A stretch of DNA of 64,000 nt from Thermoplasmata archaeon (GTDB taxonomy: Archaea; Thermoplasmatota; Thermoplasmata; Lutacidiplasmatales; UBA184): the NCBI GenBank assembly GCA_027314165.1, contig DAHVCH010000001.1, positions 108,590-172,589 on the forward strand, read 5' to 3'. This document shows positions 9,231-19,035 of the stretch, one piece after another. Position 1 is the stretch's first letter; each line of letters begins with the position of its first letter. Both the position numbers and the translations under genes were made by a program. Under the pieces are notes generated by a model. The model had not been told where the DNA came from. It ran no database searches and saw only the letters and a program-made list of their open reading frames with translations.

Positions 9231-9863
9231 GTGCGGCGACACCGGAAGGGGCCAAGGATCGCCCTACCCATCCAGACCCCGCGACTGAGTCTCCGCTTGC
9301 CCACCCTCAAGGACGTTCCGGCGTGGTACGCCACCCTCACCGAGCCCCGGGTCCTGGAACTGATGCTCCCGGACCTACCCTGGACCCGCGACGCCGTTCG
9401 CGAGAAGGTCGCCTCCGCCCGCGAGGGTGCGCGGAACGGGACCTTGTACGAGCTCGCGGTGGAACGGCGATCGGACGGGGCTGTGGTCGGCCGTGTCGCG
9501 CTCAAGGAGGTGCAACTGGGCCCGGAGAGCCGGGCGATCCTGGCCTACTGGATGGACCCCTCGGCCTGGGGTACGGGCCTCGCTTCCGAGGCAACACACT
9601 CCCTGTGTCGTGCGGGCTTTGGCCAGCTTCCCCTCCACCGGATCGACGCGGAGGTTTTCGCCTTCAACGTACGGTCGCAGCGGCTCCTGCGGGGTCTGGG
9701 TTTCCGCAAGGAGGGGGAGGCCCGGGAGGCGGTCCGCTACCGAGGGCGGTGGGTCTCCTCATGGAACTTCGGATTGCTGAGGGGTGAGTTGAGATCGCCG
9801 CCGGCTCTCCGAGGACCGTCGTCGTCACCTGGGGCCCGGGAGAGGCCCGCAAGAAGGCCGTAG
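9231..9863 (+). CDS. GNAT family N-acetyltransferase (RimJ/RimL-like)
   Basis: Has the N-terminal TPRLSLRLPTLKD typical of RimJ/L acetyltransferases and the acetyl-CoA-binding region VGRVAL...GTGLASEA. The last ~40 residues are low-complexity; a GTG start is used. Confidence 0.65.
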   Translation: MRRHRKGPRIALPIQTPRLSLRLPTLKDVPAWYATLTEPRVLELMLPDLPWTRDAVREKVASAREGARNGTLYELAVERRSDGAVVGRVALKEVQLGPESRAILAYWMDPSAWGTGLASEATHSLCRAGFGQLPLHRIDAEVFAFNVRSQRLLRGLGFRKEGEAREAVRYRGRWVSSWNFGLLRGELRSPPALRGPSSSPGARERPARRP

Positions 9864-9877
9864 CGGTCCCCTCCGGC

Positions 9878-10638
9878 TCACGCCGGGATAGGCACGGGGG
9901 CTTGGGCGTGCAGGAGCTTGCTCCCACGCTCCAGAAGCGAGAGGGAGGCCGAAGGGAGCGACCCCGGGTCGAGGGTGACGAGGACCGCCCCCTTCGACTC
10001 GAGGGCGAGGTCGCGTACCAGGTCGATCATCCTGCGAACGTTCCGCACGTTCGTCGACTCCACGATCGTCTCGATGCCGGGAAGGACCACCGCGCGCCCC
10101 TTGCCCTTCGCGAAATGGGTCGCGATCACGTCCGCGATCCGGTCGACGTCGGCGGGGGAGACCGTCCCTTCCCCTTCCAGGCGGCTGACCTTGAAGACCG
10201 TGACCTCGGTCGAGCCCAGCGCGCGGGTCACGTCCTCCCGGCTCCCGTGCGTGAAGGCGAGAAGCGTCCCGGGCTCGATCGGGGTCTTGCGGACCAGGGC
10301 CCAGACGTCCGACTCCTGGTAGGTCTCGAGCGTGGAGAGGGGTTCGGCGAGCGACCATGTCCACGGAGCCCGCACCCGCATGCGCTGGGCCGCGGCAGCG
10401 TTGGGCGTGACCTGACCGCCGTGGGCGGAGGACCGGCGGTCGGCAGAGGAAGGTGCCGCGGAGGGAGCCGTGGCCGGGGACGCCTGGGGTCCGGCTAGCG
10501 GACCGAGCGCCATCCCCAGCCCCGCGAGGAGGCCGGCGACGGCTCCGATGACCGGGGCGAGGAGCAGAGCGACGGGGCTCCGGGTCCCGAGCATCCAGAG
10601 GACCAGCAGGAGGCCGAGGCTCACCACCACGAACGTCA
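9878..10638 (-). CDS. membrane-anchored DUF835-type protein
   Basis: The C-terminal ~180 aa of minus ORF 9878..11776 has normal composition (DVWALVRKTPIEPGTLLAFTHGSREDVTRALG...VVLPGIETIVES...AVLVTLDPGSL) and is preceded by one TM helix (VTFVVVSLGLLLVLWML). The upstream 350 codons are R/P/G-rich junk. The start is placed at an in-frame GTG/ATG (10638 or 10593) and is uncertain. Confidence 0.5.
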
Positions 10639-10785
10639 CCAGCCCGAAAGCCAGCGACGAGCGCGTGCCAGACCGACCTTCCCCCAAGGCGCTCCTAGGG
10701 CCCCGAGGGAAGGGGCGGGAGATAAGCTCGTTGCACACCCGAACCTTCCGGCGCCCCCCGCCGCGGGAAGGTCTCGGGGCAGGGC

Positions 10786-12147
10786 CTAGTCGAGGAACCG
10801 GACGGCGTGGAGCCCGGCGGCCATCTGGGCCTCCACCAGGTCCTTCAGCGCCACACGGTGGCCACGCACGTTGGCCTCCAGTCCCCGCGCCACGTTCTCG
10901 ATCTGGTCCTCGGTCGACCGGAGCAGGCCCTCCCGCGCGAACGTCCCAGGAACGGCCTGTTCGTTGATGAAACGGAAGAGCGTCCCCAGGAGCCGCAGGT
11001 CGGTGAACCGGGCCGCGACCTGGTGCCGGAACACTTCCGAGACCGTGACCGGGCCTTCGGGGGACGGTTGGGGCGCGAGCCCCTCGCGGCGGTTCTGCCA
11101 CTCCATCGAGCTCTCCAAGCACTCCCGGAACGTCCCGGGGCGCAGCACGCCTTCCCGGTGGAGCGTGTGGTACGCGGACCGGAGAAGGTTCACGACGCGT
11201 TCGCGCCGTTGATGACGCTCGGCCTCCAGCGAGGCGCGGTCCACGGGGGCGGCCGTCATGTCCCCGACGCGGGGGTCCGGGAAGAGCGGGACCTCGGCCA
11301 TGAGGCCCAGCACCGACGGGTTCACGCTCTCCGCATACTCGAGGCTCCCTGCGCCGTGGTTCAACACTCGTCGGGGCTCCAGGTTGTGCGCAAGGAGGTA
11401 CTGCACCGCCTCGTGCGTGGAGAGGCGCTTCAGGACGTACGGGGAGAACTGGGTCCCCCAAGGCTCCTCCGGCTCCGCGGGCTCCAGGGGCAGCCCGACG
11501 CGCGCGGGAACGTCGACGAGCGCCTCCTGCAGGCCGTCGACCGTGCGGTTGAGGTAGTAGAAGACCCCGCCCACGCTCGAGTTGTGGAGCGAGTACACGA
11601 GGGAAGGGCGCATCGTGTCGATCAGGTGCGCAAGGGCCCGGGTCTCCGGAGGGGCCATCTCGAAGTCGTAGTCGTCGGAGAAGTAGGGGAAGCCCCACTC
11701 GACCTGACGGCGAGCAGGGGGCCGGTAGTAGTAGTGGGCGAAGCGGGACAGGGAGAAGTTCGGAACGGTCTGCCACCCTTCGTTCAGGCGCAGCCCGTCC
11801 CGGTCGATGGCGGGGATGAGGAAGAACCGGACCCCGATCCTGCGTGTCGCTCCGGGGTTCGCGGCCAGCGCTCGCGCAAGTTGAAGCGCGGTCAGGGTCC
11901 CGAGGGGCTCGTTCGGATGGGGCGCTCCGATGAGCAGGGCGACCTTCTCGCCTTCCCCCACCTCCAGCCCGAGGAGCGCGTCGCCGTGGGCGGTGTGGCC
12001 GATCCGGCGAAGCCGCACCTCTCCGGGGTGTTCCCTTGCGAGGGCGTAGGCGGACTCCTCCAGCTCGCTCGCGGAGAGGAACCTGGGAAGGTCCGGTACG
12101 TTGGAGATGAGCTCCTCGACGACCTCCGAGGGAAGGTCGAGCGCCAT
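10786..12147 (-). CDS. M14-family zinc carboxypeptidase-like protein
   Basis: Has the zinc ligands in an HxxE context (IGAPHPNEPLGTL) and a downstream His (VYSLHNSSVGGVFYY). It is 453 aa with normal composition. Confidence 0.6.
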   Translation of the reverse strand: MALDLPSEVVEELISNVPDLPRFLSASELEESAYALAREHPGEVRLRRIGHTAHGDALLGLEVGEGEKVALLIGAPHPNEPLGTLTALQLARALAANPGATRRIGVRFFLIPAIDRDGLRLNEGWQTVPNFSLSRFAHYYYRPPARRQVEWGFPYFSDDYDFEMAPPETRALAHLIDTMRPSLVYSLHNSSVGGVFYYLNRTVDGLQEALVDVPARVGLPLEPAEPEEPWGTQFSPYVLKRLSTHEAVQYLLAHNLEPRRVLNHGAGSLEYAESVNPSVLGLMAEVPLFPDPRVGDMTAAPVDRASLEAERHQRRERVVNLLRSAYHTLHREGVLRPGTFRECLESSMEWQNRREGLAPQPSPEGPVTVSEVFRHQVAARFTDLRLLGTLFRFINEQAVPGTFAREGLLRSTEDQIENVARGLEANVRGHRVALKDLVEAQMAAGLHAVRFLD

Positions 12148-12177
12148 GAGCGCTGGAGCACTCGAGGGAAGATGTAC

Positions 12178-12909
12178 CTACCGACGGCCCCGACGGTCCT
12201 CTCTCAGGGGATCGTTAACGTGTGCCTCACGGAACCCTTTCTCGCGCAGCCGGCAGGAGTCGCAGCGGCCGCAGGGACGACGACCGCCCGCGTAGCAGCT
12301 CCACGTGAGGGCCCACGGCACGTGCAGCCGCTCGCCCCAGAGGACGATCTCCGTCTTGGTGCGCTTGAGGAGCGGCGCCTCGATGGAGGGAGAGAGGCCC
12401 TCCTCGGTCCCCCGGGCGGTGGCGACCTTCGCCAACCGAGCGAAGGCCCTCAGGAACTCCGGTCGGCAGTCCGGGTATCCGGAGTAGTCGACCGCGTTGA
12501 CGCCCAGGTAGATCGCCTCCGCGCGGCGGGTCTCGGCCACCGCCAGCGCGAGCGAGAGAAGGACCGTGTTCCGGGCGGGCACGTACGTCGAAGGGATCCC
12601 GCCCCGGGCCATGCGGTCCGTGGCGCGGTCCTGGGGCAGCCGGGTGCCGGACCGGGTCAGGGCGGAGGGGGCCAGCGGACCCAAAGGCACGGACACCTCC
12701 AGCCGTTCGACGGCGCCAAAGTGCCGGGCGAGCGCCCGCGCCGAGCGGAGCTCGCGCGCGTGTCGCTGTCCGTACCGCACGGAGAGCGTGATGAGGGGAT
12801 GGCCCCGAGACCGCGCGATGGCGAGGACCGTGGCCGAGTCCATCCCGCCGGAGAGCAGGACCACGGCGGGCCCTCGGCGAGGCGGCACGGTCGGCTTCAG
12901 GGGCCCCAT
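12178..12909 (-). CDS. queC: 7-cyano-7-deazaguanine synthase (PP-loop ATPase)
   Basis: Has the PP-loop VVLLSGGMDSATV and the C-terminal zinc-binding CYAGGRRPCGRCDSCRLR characteristic of QueC. Confidence 0.85.
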   Translation of the reverse strand: MGPLKPTVPPRRGPAVVLLSGGMDSATVLAIARSRGHPLITLSVRYGQRHARELRSARALARHFGAVERLEVSVPLGPLAPSALTRSGTRLPQDRATDRMARGGIPSTYVPARNTVLLSLALAVAETRRAEAIYLGVNAVDYSGYPDCRPEFLRAFARLAKVATARGTEEGLSPSIEAPLLKRTKTEIVLWGERLHVPWALTWSCYAGGRRPCGRCDSCRLREKGFREAHVNDPLREDRRGRR

Positions 12910-13696
12910 AGCAGGTACATCCCGAGAGCGATGAGCGCGGTGAAAAGCATGGCGAGGAAGTTGACCGACCCCTTTCCGAGGTACCCCCGGTTCTCGAGCG
13001 TGGCTCCCAGGAGGCTGTCGATCTGGCAGCCCAGGAACCCGAGGAACGTCCCTCCTGCGAACCAGAGGACGACCGAGGTTGGCAGCTCCACGAGCCCGCC
13101 AAAGGTGTAGAATATCCCGGCCCCCGCGGCGACGGTGACGAGGCTGCCGAGAAGCGCCCAGAGCTCCCCGCCGAAGCTGATGCCCCCGTTCGTGCCCGCC
13201 TTGACAGGCCCGGTCCCCAGGATGCTCACGGCCTTCCCGGAGAGCACGCCGAACTCGCTTGCGAAGGTGTCCGCCGTCCCGCAGGCGAGGGCGGCCACGT
13301 AGACGAACGGGACGAGGTTCTGGGGCAGCGCGCCGAGGAGGGAAAGGGGACCGACCAGGACGAGCCCGAGCGGGACCAGGATGTGCGAAAGGACGTTGCG
13401 CACCCCGCGCTCCCCCGCCTTCCCCTCCGACACCTTTCGCGCTTTCTTCTCCTCCCAGCCGTACCGGGTGGCCAGGCTGCCACCGAGGACGAAGAGGATC
13501 AACATCGCCAGGTAGGAGGGGCCCCCGACGAGCACGATCACGATCCCGAACACGGTGGCGAGGAGGGCGGCGTAGGGGGTCAGGACCTTGGCGTAGGCGG
13601 CGGCGATCCCCAGGGCGAGGGTGACCCCGACCGAGATGGCCAGGGCCCAGCCTCCCAACGAGCCCGCGGCTACGGCCAGGGGCACAGCTAAGCTCA
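12897..13696 (-). CDS. polytopic membrane protein (DUF92/TMEM19-like), 7-8 TM helices
   Basis: The C-terminal 265 aa of minus ORF 12897..14093 are strongly hydrophobic with regular TM spacing. The first ~130 codons of that ORF are GC-rich junk. A likely TTG/GTG start near 13696/13684 sits downstream of a TTTTATA element (minus strand, 13731-13738). Confidence 0.45.
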
Positions 13697-13796
13697 AGGA
13701 CTCCCCCAGTGGCCGCGCTCGTCCTGGCGGTATAAAAGACCCCCGATGAGAGTGACCAAAGCTCAGGTAGGGGGTCCGCCCTCCCCCGCAGTGGTC

Positions 13797-14795
13797 ATGA
13801 GGTCGGGGGAAGGCGTCCGGAGGGGGCGGGCGCCCGTGGGAGTTGGGGGCCCGAGCGGGAAGCACCCTCCCTTCCCTTTCCGCGCCCTCGCTCGCGGGTC
13901 CCTCTTCCACACCCCCCTCGGGGTCTCCCTGGTGGGGGACGCGCTTGGGGTCCTGCGCACGCTCCCGTCCTCCCGCGTCGACCTGGTCGTGACGTCCCCC
14001 CCCTACGATGGGCAACCGAAGTACGGGGATGGAGAGTCGTACGACCGCCGATGGTACGAGGGGTACTTCCTGGAGGTGACCCGGGAGGTCCACCGCCTGC
14101 TCCGACCGCGAGGGAGCTTCGTACTGAACTACCGTTCGAAGCGCTCAGGCCACGAGCGCGGCACGCTCCAGTACGAGCTCGTCCTGGCCCTGCGGGCCCA
14201 GGGGTTCCTCTTCTGCGAGGACTTCGTGTGGGGAAAGCCCTCCCCGCCTCCCGGGAAGTTCCGTCGTTTCCTGAAGGACGCGGTGGAGTACTGCTTCCAG
14301 TTCGCGAAGGGGCCCGACTGGCAGTTCTACCCGGAGCAATGCCTCTCCCCCGCCCGGTGGGACGCGAAGGACCGTGCCCGTCGCAGGGCCCTTCCCCAGA
14401 ACTACCTGCGCGTGGACGAGCCCTCCGGGCAGGGGCGACGACGGGCCCTCGCCGGCCCGGACATGGTCCGCCCTTCCACACTTCTGCTCGTCGAGCCCGA
14501 GTTCTCCCGCAACCCCACGGAACATCCTGCGCGGTTCCCGGTGGACATCCCCGAGTTCTTCCTGCGCCTATTGACCCGGTCCGGGGATGTGGTGCTGGAC
14601 CCGTTCGGCGGCACCGGGACCACCGCGGTCGCCGCAGAACGGCTGGGCCGTCGGTGGGTCGTGGTGGAGAACGAGGCGCGCTACGCCAGGGCGATCGAGC
14701 GAAGGCTCCAGGTGGACGCGCCGCGACCGAAGGGCGGGAAGGGCCCCCGCTCAGGAGCCCGCTCTCGGCGCGGGACCGACCCCCCCGAGCCTTGA
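13797..14795 (+). CDS. site-specific DNA methyltransferase (beta-class N4-cytosine/N6-adenine, ParB/DNA_methylase_N-4_N-6 family), orphan
   Basis: Has the catalytic motif IV DLVVTSPPYDG after the N-terminal GDALGVLRTLPSSRV, and a C-terminal SAM-binding motif I VVLDPFGGTGTTAVAAERLGRRWV (circularly permuted beta-class order). No restriction endonuclease gene is adjacent. Confidence 0.8.
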   Translation: MRSGEGVRRGRAPVGVGGPSGKHPPFPFRALARGSLFHTPLGVSLVGDALGVLRTLPSSRVDLVVTSPPYDGQPKYGDGESYDRRWYEGYFLEVTREVHRLLRPRGSFVLNYRSKRSGHERGTLQYELVLALRAQGFLFCEDFVWGKPSPPPGKFRRFLKDAVEYCFQFAKGPDWQFYPEQCLSPARWDAKDRARRRALPQNYLRVDEPSGQGRRRALAGPDMVRPSTLLLVEPEFSRNPTEHPARFPVDIPEFFLRLLTRSGDVVLDPFGGTGTTAVAAERLGRRWVVVENEARYARAIERRLQVDAPRPKGGKGPRSGARSRRGTDPPEP

Positions 14796-15716
14796 GCTCG
14801 GACCGGCGGGGTCTGGCGCGAAGCGATGCGTGCCGTAGATGGAGAGCAGGACGGCCAGGACCCCGATGGCCTGGGGCACGCCCAGACCTTGGTGCAGCAC
14901 CAGGAAGCCCGCCACCAGGGCGACCACCGGGACGATGAACAGGTAGGCGCTCACGGTGGCCGCGCGGTGAGCTGAGAGCAGCTCGAACCAGAGCCCGTAG
15001 GCGACCGCGGTCCCCAGAATGCCCGTCCAGAGCAGCACGAAGAGGAGCTCGGTGGTCCAGTGCACCGAGGTGAAGGGGGCCTCGAGAAGGGCCAGCGCCA
15101 GCAGCACGGGCGCCGAGCCCAACAACTGCCAGATGTTCGCTTCGAGCATTTCCTGCTGCCGGAAGGTCCGCTTCATGAGCACGGTCGCCACCGCCCAGGA
15201 GACGGCGGCCCCGAGCAGCTCCAGCACCGGCGTCCATCCGGCCGACCAGGAGCTCACGTCGGCGAAACCCACCAGCGCGACGCCCGCCAATCCGACCGCG
15301 GAAGCGCCGATCTGTCCCATCGTCGGGCGGTCCCCCAGGATGGGATAGGCGAGGAGAAGCACCCAGAGCGGGAACGTGTAGATGAGCAGGCTCGCCTGCC
15401 CCGCGGGCACGACGGGAGCGGCGATCATCCACAGGCCGAAGAAGAGGGCCGAATTGGGCAGGCCGAGCAGGAGCGCGTATCCCTTGCCCCGCCACCTGAG
15501 CCGCTCGGACCCGCCCATCCGTCGCTCGAGCAGGGGAAGGACCAGGAGGCTCCCTCCGAGCCCGAAAACGACCCGAAGGAAGCCGAGCCACAGGGGGGGA
15601 GCGTAGCCGAGGCCGAGGACCACCGCGGGGTAGTTGACCCCCCAGAAGAGGGCGACCAGAAGGAAGAGCCAGAGCGTGGCCCCCTGCTGGGTCGTCGACC
15701 CCGACCCCACGGACAC
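14751..15716 (-). CDS. EamA/DMT-superfamily transporter
   Basis: 321 aa with ten hydrophobic helices and two EamA-like halves (LWLFLLVALFWGVNYPAVV...; ...WQLLGSAPVLLALALLEAPF). Confidence 0.6.
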   Translation of the reverse strand: MSVGSGSTTQQGATLWLFLLVALFWGVNYPAVVLGLGYAPPLWLGFLRVVFGLGGSLLVLPLLERRMGGSERLRWRGKGYALLLGLPNSALFFGLWMIAAPVVPAGQASLLIYTFPLWVLLLAYPILGDRPTMGQIGASAVGLAGVALVGFADVSSWSAGWTPVLELLGAAVSWAVATVLMKRTFRQQEMLEANIWQLLGSAPVLLALALLEAPFTSVHWTTELLFVLLWTGILGTAVAYGLWFELLSAHRAATVSAYLFIVPVVALVAGFLVLHQGLGVPQAIGVLAVLLSIYGTHRFAPDPAGPSSRLGGVGPAPRAGS

Positions 15717-15723
15717 GGGCGCC

Positions 15724-16335
15724 CTATCCTCTCTCGATCAGACGGCGGCAGCCGGACAGGAAGCTCGTCGCGACCAGGTTCGCCTCGACCTGGGCCCGCT
15801 GGAACTCCTGCGGATAGCGAGGGTGGGCTCCGGGCTCCGGGACGTAGACGGTGGTCAAGCCGAGCCGCGTCCCCGCCTCCACGTCGAGCATCCGATCCCC
15901 GATGATCGCGGAGGTGCGCAGGTCGATGTGGAGCTCCCGGGCGGCCTGCTCGAAGAGGGCGGTCCCCGGCTTGCGGCAGGCGCAGCCCTCCTGAGGGGCG
16001 TGGGGGCAGTAGTAGAACGCGTCGATACGGGTGCCGGCTTCCGCCATGAGCCTCTGGATCTTCTGGTGGATCGCCTCGACCGCTTCGCGCGTGTAGAACC
16101 CCCGGGAGATCCCGGACTGGTTCGTGACCACGACGACCAGGAAACCGTGGGCCCGCAGGAGGGCGACGCCCTCCCGCACCCCAAGATGGAGCTCCACCTT
16201 CTCCGGGCCTTGGAGATAGTGCGTGTCCACGTTGAGCGTGCCGTCACGGTCCACGAAGACCGCCCGCCGGAGCGGGGGCGTGGCGGAGGAGGGCCGGTGC
16301 CCCGGCCCGTCCTCGCGCTCAGGTGCTGATGACAC
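15724..16335 (-). CDS. gmhB: HAD-IIIA family phosphatase (GmhB / histidinol-phosphatase-like)
   Basis: Has HAD motif I VFVDRDGTLN, motif II VVVVTNQSG and the Zn-binding CxC insert (CPHAPQEGCACRKP) typical of D,D-heptose-1,7-bisphosphate phosphatase-like enzymes. Confidence 0.7.
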   Translation of the reverse strand: MSSAPEREDGPGHRPSSATPPLRRAVFVDRDGTLNVDTHYLQGPEKVELHLGVREGVALLRAHGFLVVVVTNQSGISRGFYTREAVEAIHQKIQRLMAEAGTRIDAFYYCPHAPQEGCACRKPGTALFEQAARELHIDLRTSAIIGDRMLDVEAGTRLGLTTVYVPEPGAHPRYPQEFQRAQVEANLVATSFLSGCRRLIERG

Positions 16336-17053
16336 GGGCGATGCGGAAGTTACCCTTCTCCAGCAGGAGGGAGTAAAGGTTCGACGAGTGGTTGGTCGAA
16401 CGCATCTTGACCACCCGGATGCGGCGCTGGATGGTCTCCTCGTTGACCTTCGCCATCATGAGGTGGACGATGCCGTCCGAGAGGTAGTCCTCCCCGTTCG
16501 GCCCGTAGTTCTCGACGTCCCGCCGCACCTCGGAGATGAGGATGCTCGTGACGCCCAGGTCGCGGATCCACTCGAAGAAGTGGAAGAGGTCGTTCCGGGG
16601 GTTCTGGAAGTCCGACAGCGTCTCGAGGACCGGGAGCGAGTCCAGGATCAGCAGGTCGTATCCCTGGCTGTCCTTCATGTTCCGGGAGTACATCTTCAGG
16701 ACCTCGATCCAGGACTTGTTCCCGAGGACGTTCAGGTTCTTCCGGATGAGCCCGATGTCCACGATCGAGAGCTTGTCGCCCACGGCTTCGAGCTTCATGC
16801 CCACGCTCTCCATGTTCTGGATGAGGCTCTCGCGGGACTGTTCCATCGTGATGTAGAGCCCCTTCTTGCCCTCCTTGAGCGCGTTCTCGTAGGCCATGTG
16901 GAAGGCCACGGTGCTCTTCATCGTGCCTGGCTCACCGGCGAGCAGCACGACGTGACCGGACGGTATGCCCCCCTCCATCTTCTCGTCGAGTCCCTCCACG
17001 TACGTCCGGATGCGCGGGACCTTCGATCCTGCGGTGGGCCCTGGGCTCATGGT
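16319..17053 (-). CDS. KaiC/RecA-superfamily ATPase (FlaH/KaiC-like single domain)
   Basis: Has Walker A LLAGEPGTMKST and Walker B LLILDSLPVLE with a KaiC-like layout. Local GC (~60%) and K/N/I-rich composition differ from the flanking DNA. A TCTTTAAGG TATA-like element lies ~45 nt upstream on the minus strand. Confidence 0.7.
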   Translation of the reverse strand, partial: TMSPGPTAGSKVPRIRTYVEGLDEKMEGGIPSGHVVLLAGEPGTMKSTVAFHMAYENALKEGKKGLYITMEQSRESLIQNMESVGMKLEAVGDKLSIVDIGLIRKNLNVLGNKSWIEVLKMYSRNMKDSQGYDLLILDSLPVLETLSDFQNPRNDLFHFFEWIRDLGVTSILISEVRRDVENYGPNGEDYLSDGIVHLMMAKVNEETIQRRIRVVKMRSTNHSSNLYSLLLEKGNFRIARVIST

Positions 17054-17210
17054 GCTACCTTCCCCCTGTTCTCTGAGGTGAGAAATCCTCGGGCTCCCCA
17101 TTGGGGTTGAACCTTAAAGATGTCGGTGCGGGCGCCCGCCGACCGCACCGGAGCGCCCCCCACTCCCCCCACGGGGGGCCAGCGGCGCGGACCCCCCTGC
17201 CCCCCATGCT

Positions 17211-17810
17211 TCAGCGCGGGGCGGACGGCCGGGGTCGGGGCTTGCCACGACGTCGGGAGCTCGTTCGCCCTCGGCGGGGACCTCCGCGCCCCCTCGCACC
17301 CCCACCCCGCAGGGCCAGGGCCTCCCGCAGGATCCGAGCGTGATCGGCGGCGAAGCGGGGCAGGGCGTCGAGCGGGAACCACTGGGCCTCGGCCGCGTCG
17401 TCCCCTCCCAGTACCTTCCCGCTCACCCGCCGAACGTGAAAGGCGATGGTCACGATGTGGCCACGCGGGTCTCGAGACGGGTCGGAGTAGACCCCCGACA
17501 GGCCTTCCACGACGGTCCGCAGCCCCGTCTCCTCCTCCACCTCGCGGACCACCGCCGACTCGCAGCTCTCGCCGATCTCGACGAAGCCTCCCGGAAGGGC
17601 CCACATGCCCTGCCAGGGAGGACGACCACGTCGGACCAGGAGGACCCTCCCGCGGGCGATGAGCACCCCATCGACCGTGAGAGCGGGCGTTTCGAGGGGC
17701 CGCAGATGGAGGTACGGGGACCCGGGGTACGGACGAAGGTACCCTCGTGGCCCGGTGGGCCCCTTCGCCCGCCGGCGAGCGACCCAGGGCGCGAGGGGGG
17801 TCCTCCCCAC
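17211..17810 (-). CDS. NUDIX hydrolase
   Basis: Has the Nudix box GGFVEIGESCESAVVREVEEETGL (Gx5Ex7REUxEExGU). The upstream part of ORF 17211..18056 is low-complexity, so the start is placed at an in-frame GTG near 17810 and is uncertain. Confidence 0.65.
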   Translation of the reverse strand: MGRTPLAPWVARRRAKGPTGPRGYLRPYPGSPYLHLRPLETPALTVDGVLIARGRVLLVRRGRPPWQGMWALPGGFVEIGESCESAVVREVEEETGLRTVVEGLSGVYSDPSRDPRGHIVTIAFHVRRVSGKVLGGDDAAEAQWFPLDALPRFAADHARILREALALRGGGARGRGGPRRGRTSSRRRGKPRPRPSAPR

Positions 17811-17869
17811 CCTTGGGACCTTTGAGGACCGAGGCGCCCTAGCGGCCCTAGAGCTCTTCCGCTTAGGGG

Positions 17870-18901
17870 GTGATGACAAGCAACCCCCAGGCGACGGAGA
17901 GGACGATGAGCCCGACCACGATCCAAGGGACCCATCTTCCCCAGCCTCCCGCGCCGCGACCCCACGAAGGCGCGCCGGCCGAGCGACCCGCCGGACCCAG
18001 GACCTCCTCGTCCGGCACCTCAGGGACCAAACTTCGCGCCATCGCGGGGGAGGCATCCGCCGCGCCTACTCAAGGTTCTGGGGAGCGTGGCCCGCGGGAG
18101 GGCCGGGCCAGTTCGCGACTCCCGGACGCGCTCCTCGCCGACCTTGGCCAGTGGACGACGGCCTCCCTGGAGCGCGCGGTGGCGGGAGCCTCCAGCGTGT
18201 CCGTGCTCTTCTCCGGAGGGCTCGACTCGGCCTTGCTCGCGCACCTGCTCCGGAAGCTCCCGGCCTTTGAGGGAGGACGGGGCATGGAGCTCGCGACCAT
18301 CGGCTTGGCCGGGTCGGCCGACCTGGCCCAGGCCGCCTCCGCCGCCGAGGCCCTGGGGCTCAAGTTCCACGCCCGCACCATCTCTCCCGAACAGGTCCGG
18401 GCTGCGGCCAGATCGGTCGAGGAGACCGAGCGGACGCAGGCCGCGCAGGGTCAGCCGCTCCCGCCTCCCCCGCAGGGAATGCGTCTCGAGGTCCTGACGG
18501 GCCTGCGGCTGGCGCTCGAGGCTGCTCCCACCACCAGGGTCCTCTGTGGCCAGGGCGCGGACGAGCTTTTCCTCGGATACGCCCACTTCTTGCCGCTGCG
18601 GGGAGAGCGGTTGGAACGGAGGTACCGCGAGGACCTTTCACAATTGCAGGGGACGGACTGGCCGGCCACCCAGCGCATCGCGGCCGCCCTCGCGAAGGAC
18701 CTGCGAGCGCCCTACCTCGACCCGGAGCTGGTCCAGAAGCTCGCGGCCTTCCCGTTGGAGCGCCGCCGTCAGGGAGGGGTGCCGAAGGGGCTCCTCCGAG
18801 AGGTCGCCGCGTCCCTGGGGCTGCCGACGGAGCTCGCCCAACGCCGGAAGAAGGCCCTCCAGTACGGGAGCGGGATCCACTCCGTGCTTTCACGGGCCTG
18901 A
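17870..18901 (+). CDS. asparagine-synthase C-terminal-domain-like PP-loop ATP pyrophosphatase
   Basis: Has the PP-loop SVLFSGGLDSALLAHLL and a C-terminal region (VLCGQGADELFLGY...; YLDPELV) reminiscent of AsnB C-domain / QueC-like amidotransferase partners. The first ~70 codons are low-complexity; the real start is probably near 18090-18130. Confidence 0.5.
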   Translation: MMTSNPQATERTMSPTTIQGTHLPQPPAPRPHEGAPAERPAGPRTSSSGTSGTKLRAIAGEASAAPTQGSGERGPREGRASSRLPDALLADLGQWTTASLERAVAGASSVSVLFSGGLDSALLAHLLRKLPAFEGGRGMELATIGLAGSADLAQAASAAEALGLKFHARTISPEQVRAAARSVEETERTQAAQGQPLPPPPQGMRLEVLTGLRLALEAAPTTRVLCGQGADELFLGYAHFLPLRGERLERRYREDLSQLQGTDWPATQRIAAALAKDLRAPYLDPELVQKLAAFPLERRRQGGVPKGLLREVAASLGLPTELAQRRKKALQYGSGIHSVLSRA

Positions 18902-19035
18902 CCTCTCGCAGGGGGGCCTGGTCGGGTCCTCCGACCGACCCGGTCAGTACGAACAACCCGTACGACGAACACATGACCTGACCCGCATTGGTGCGGCCGG
19001 TTCGCAGCGCGGCTAGGAGACAAGGCAGACCTGGC

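Noticed and set aside
10640-11776. N-terminal 380 codons of minus ORF 9878..11776
   Set aside because: Pure P/R/G/A low-complexity overlapping the M14 peptidase gene in another frame; only the C-terminal DUF835-like part (9878..~10638) looks real.
10807-13110. 767-aa + ORF spanning the M14 peptidase and queC loci
   Set aside because: It is antisense to two well-supported genes, R/G/P/E-rich, with no recognisable domain. Long stop-free antisense frames are expected at this GC.
13259-13691. Arg/Gly-rich + ORFs (121 aa, 102 aa) inside the membrane-protein gene region
   Set aside because: RRGRPRRR-type composition; they are antisense to a convincing polytopic membrane protein.
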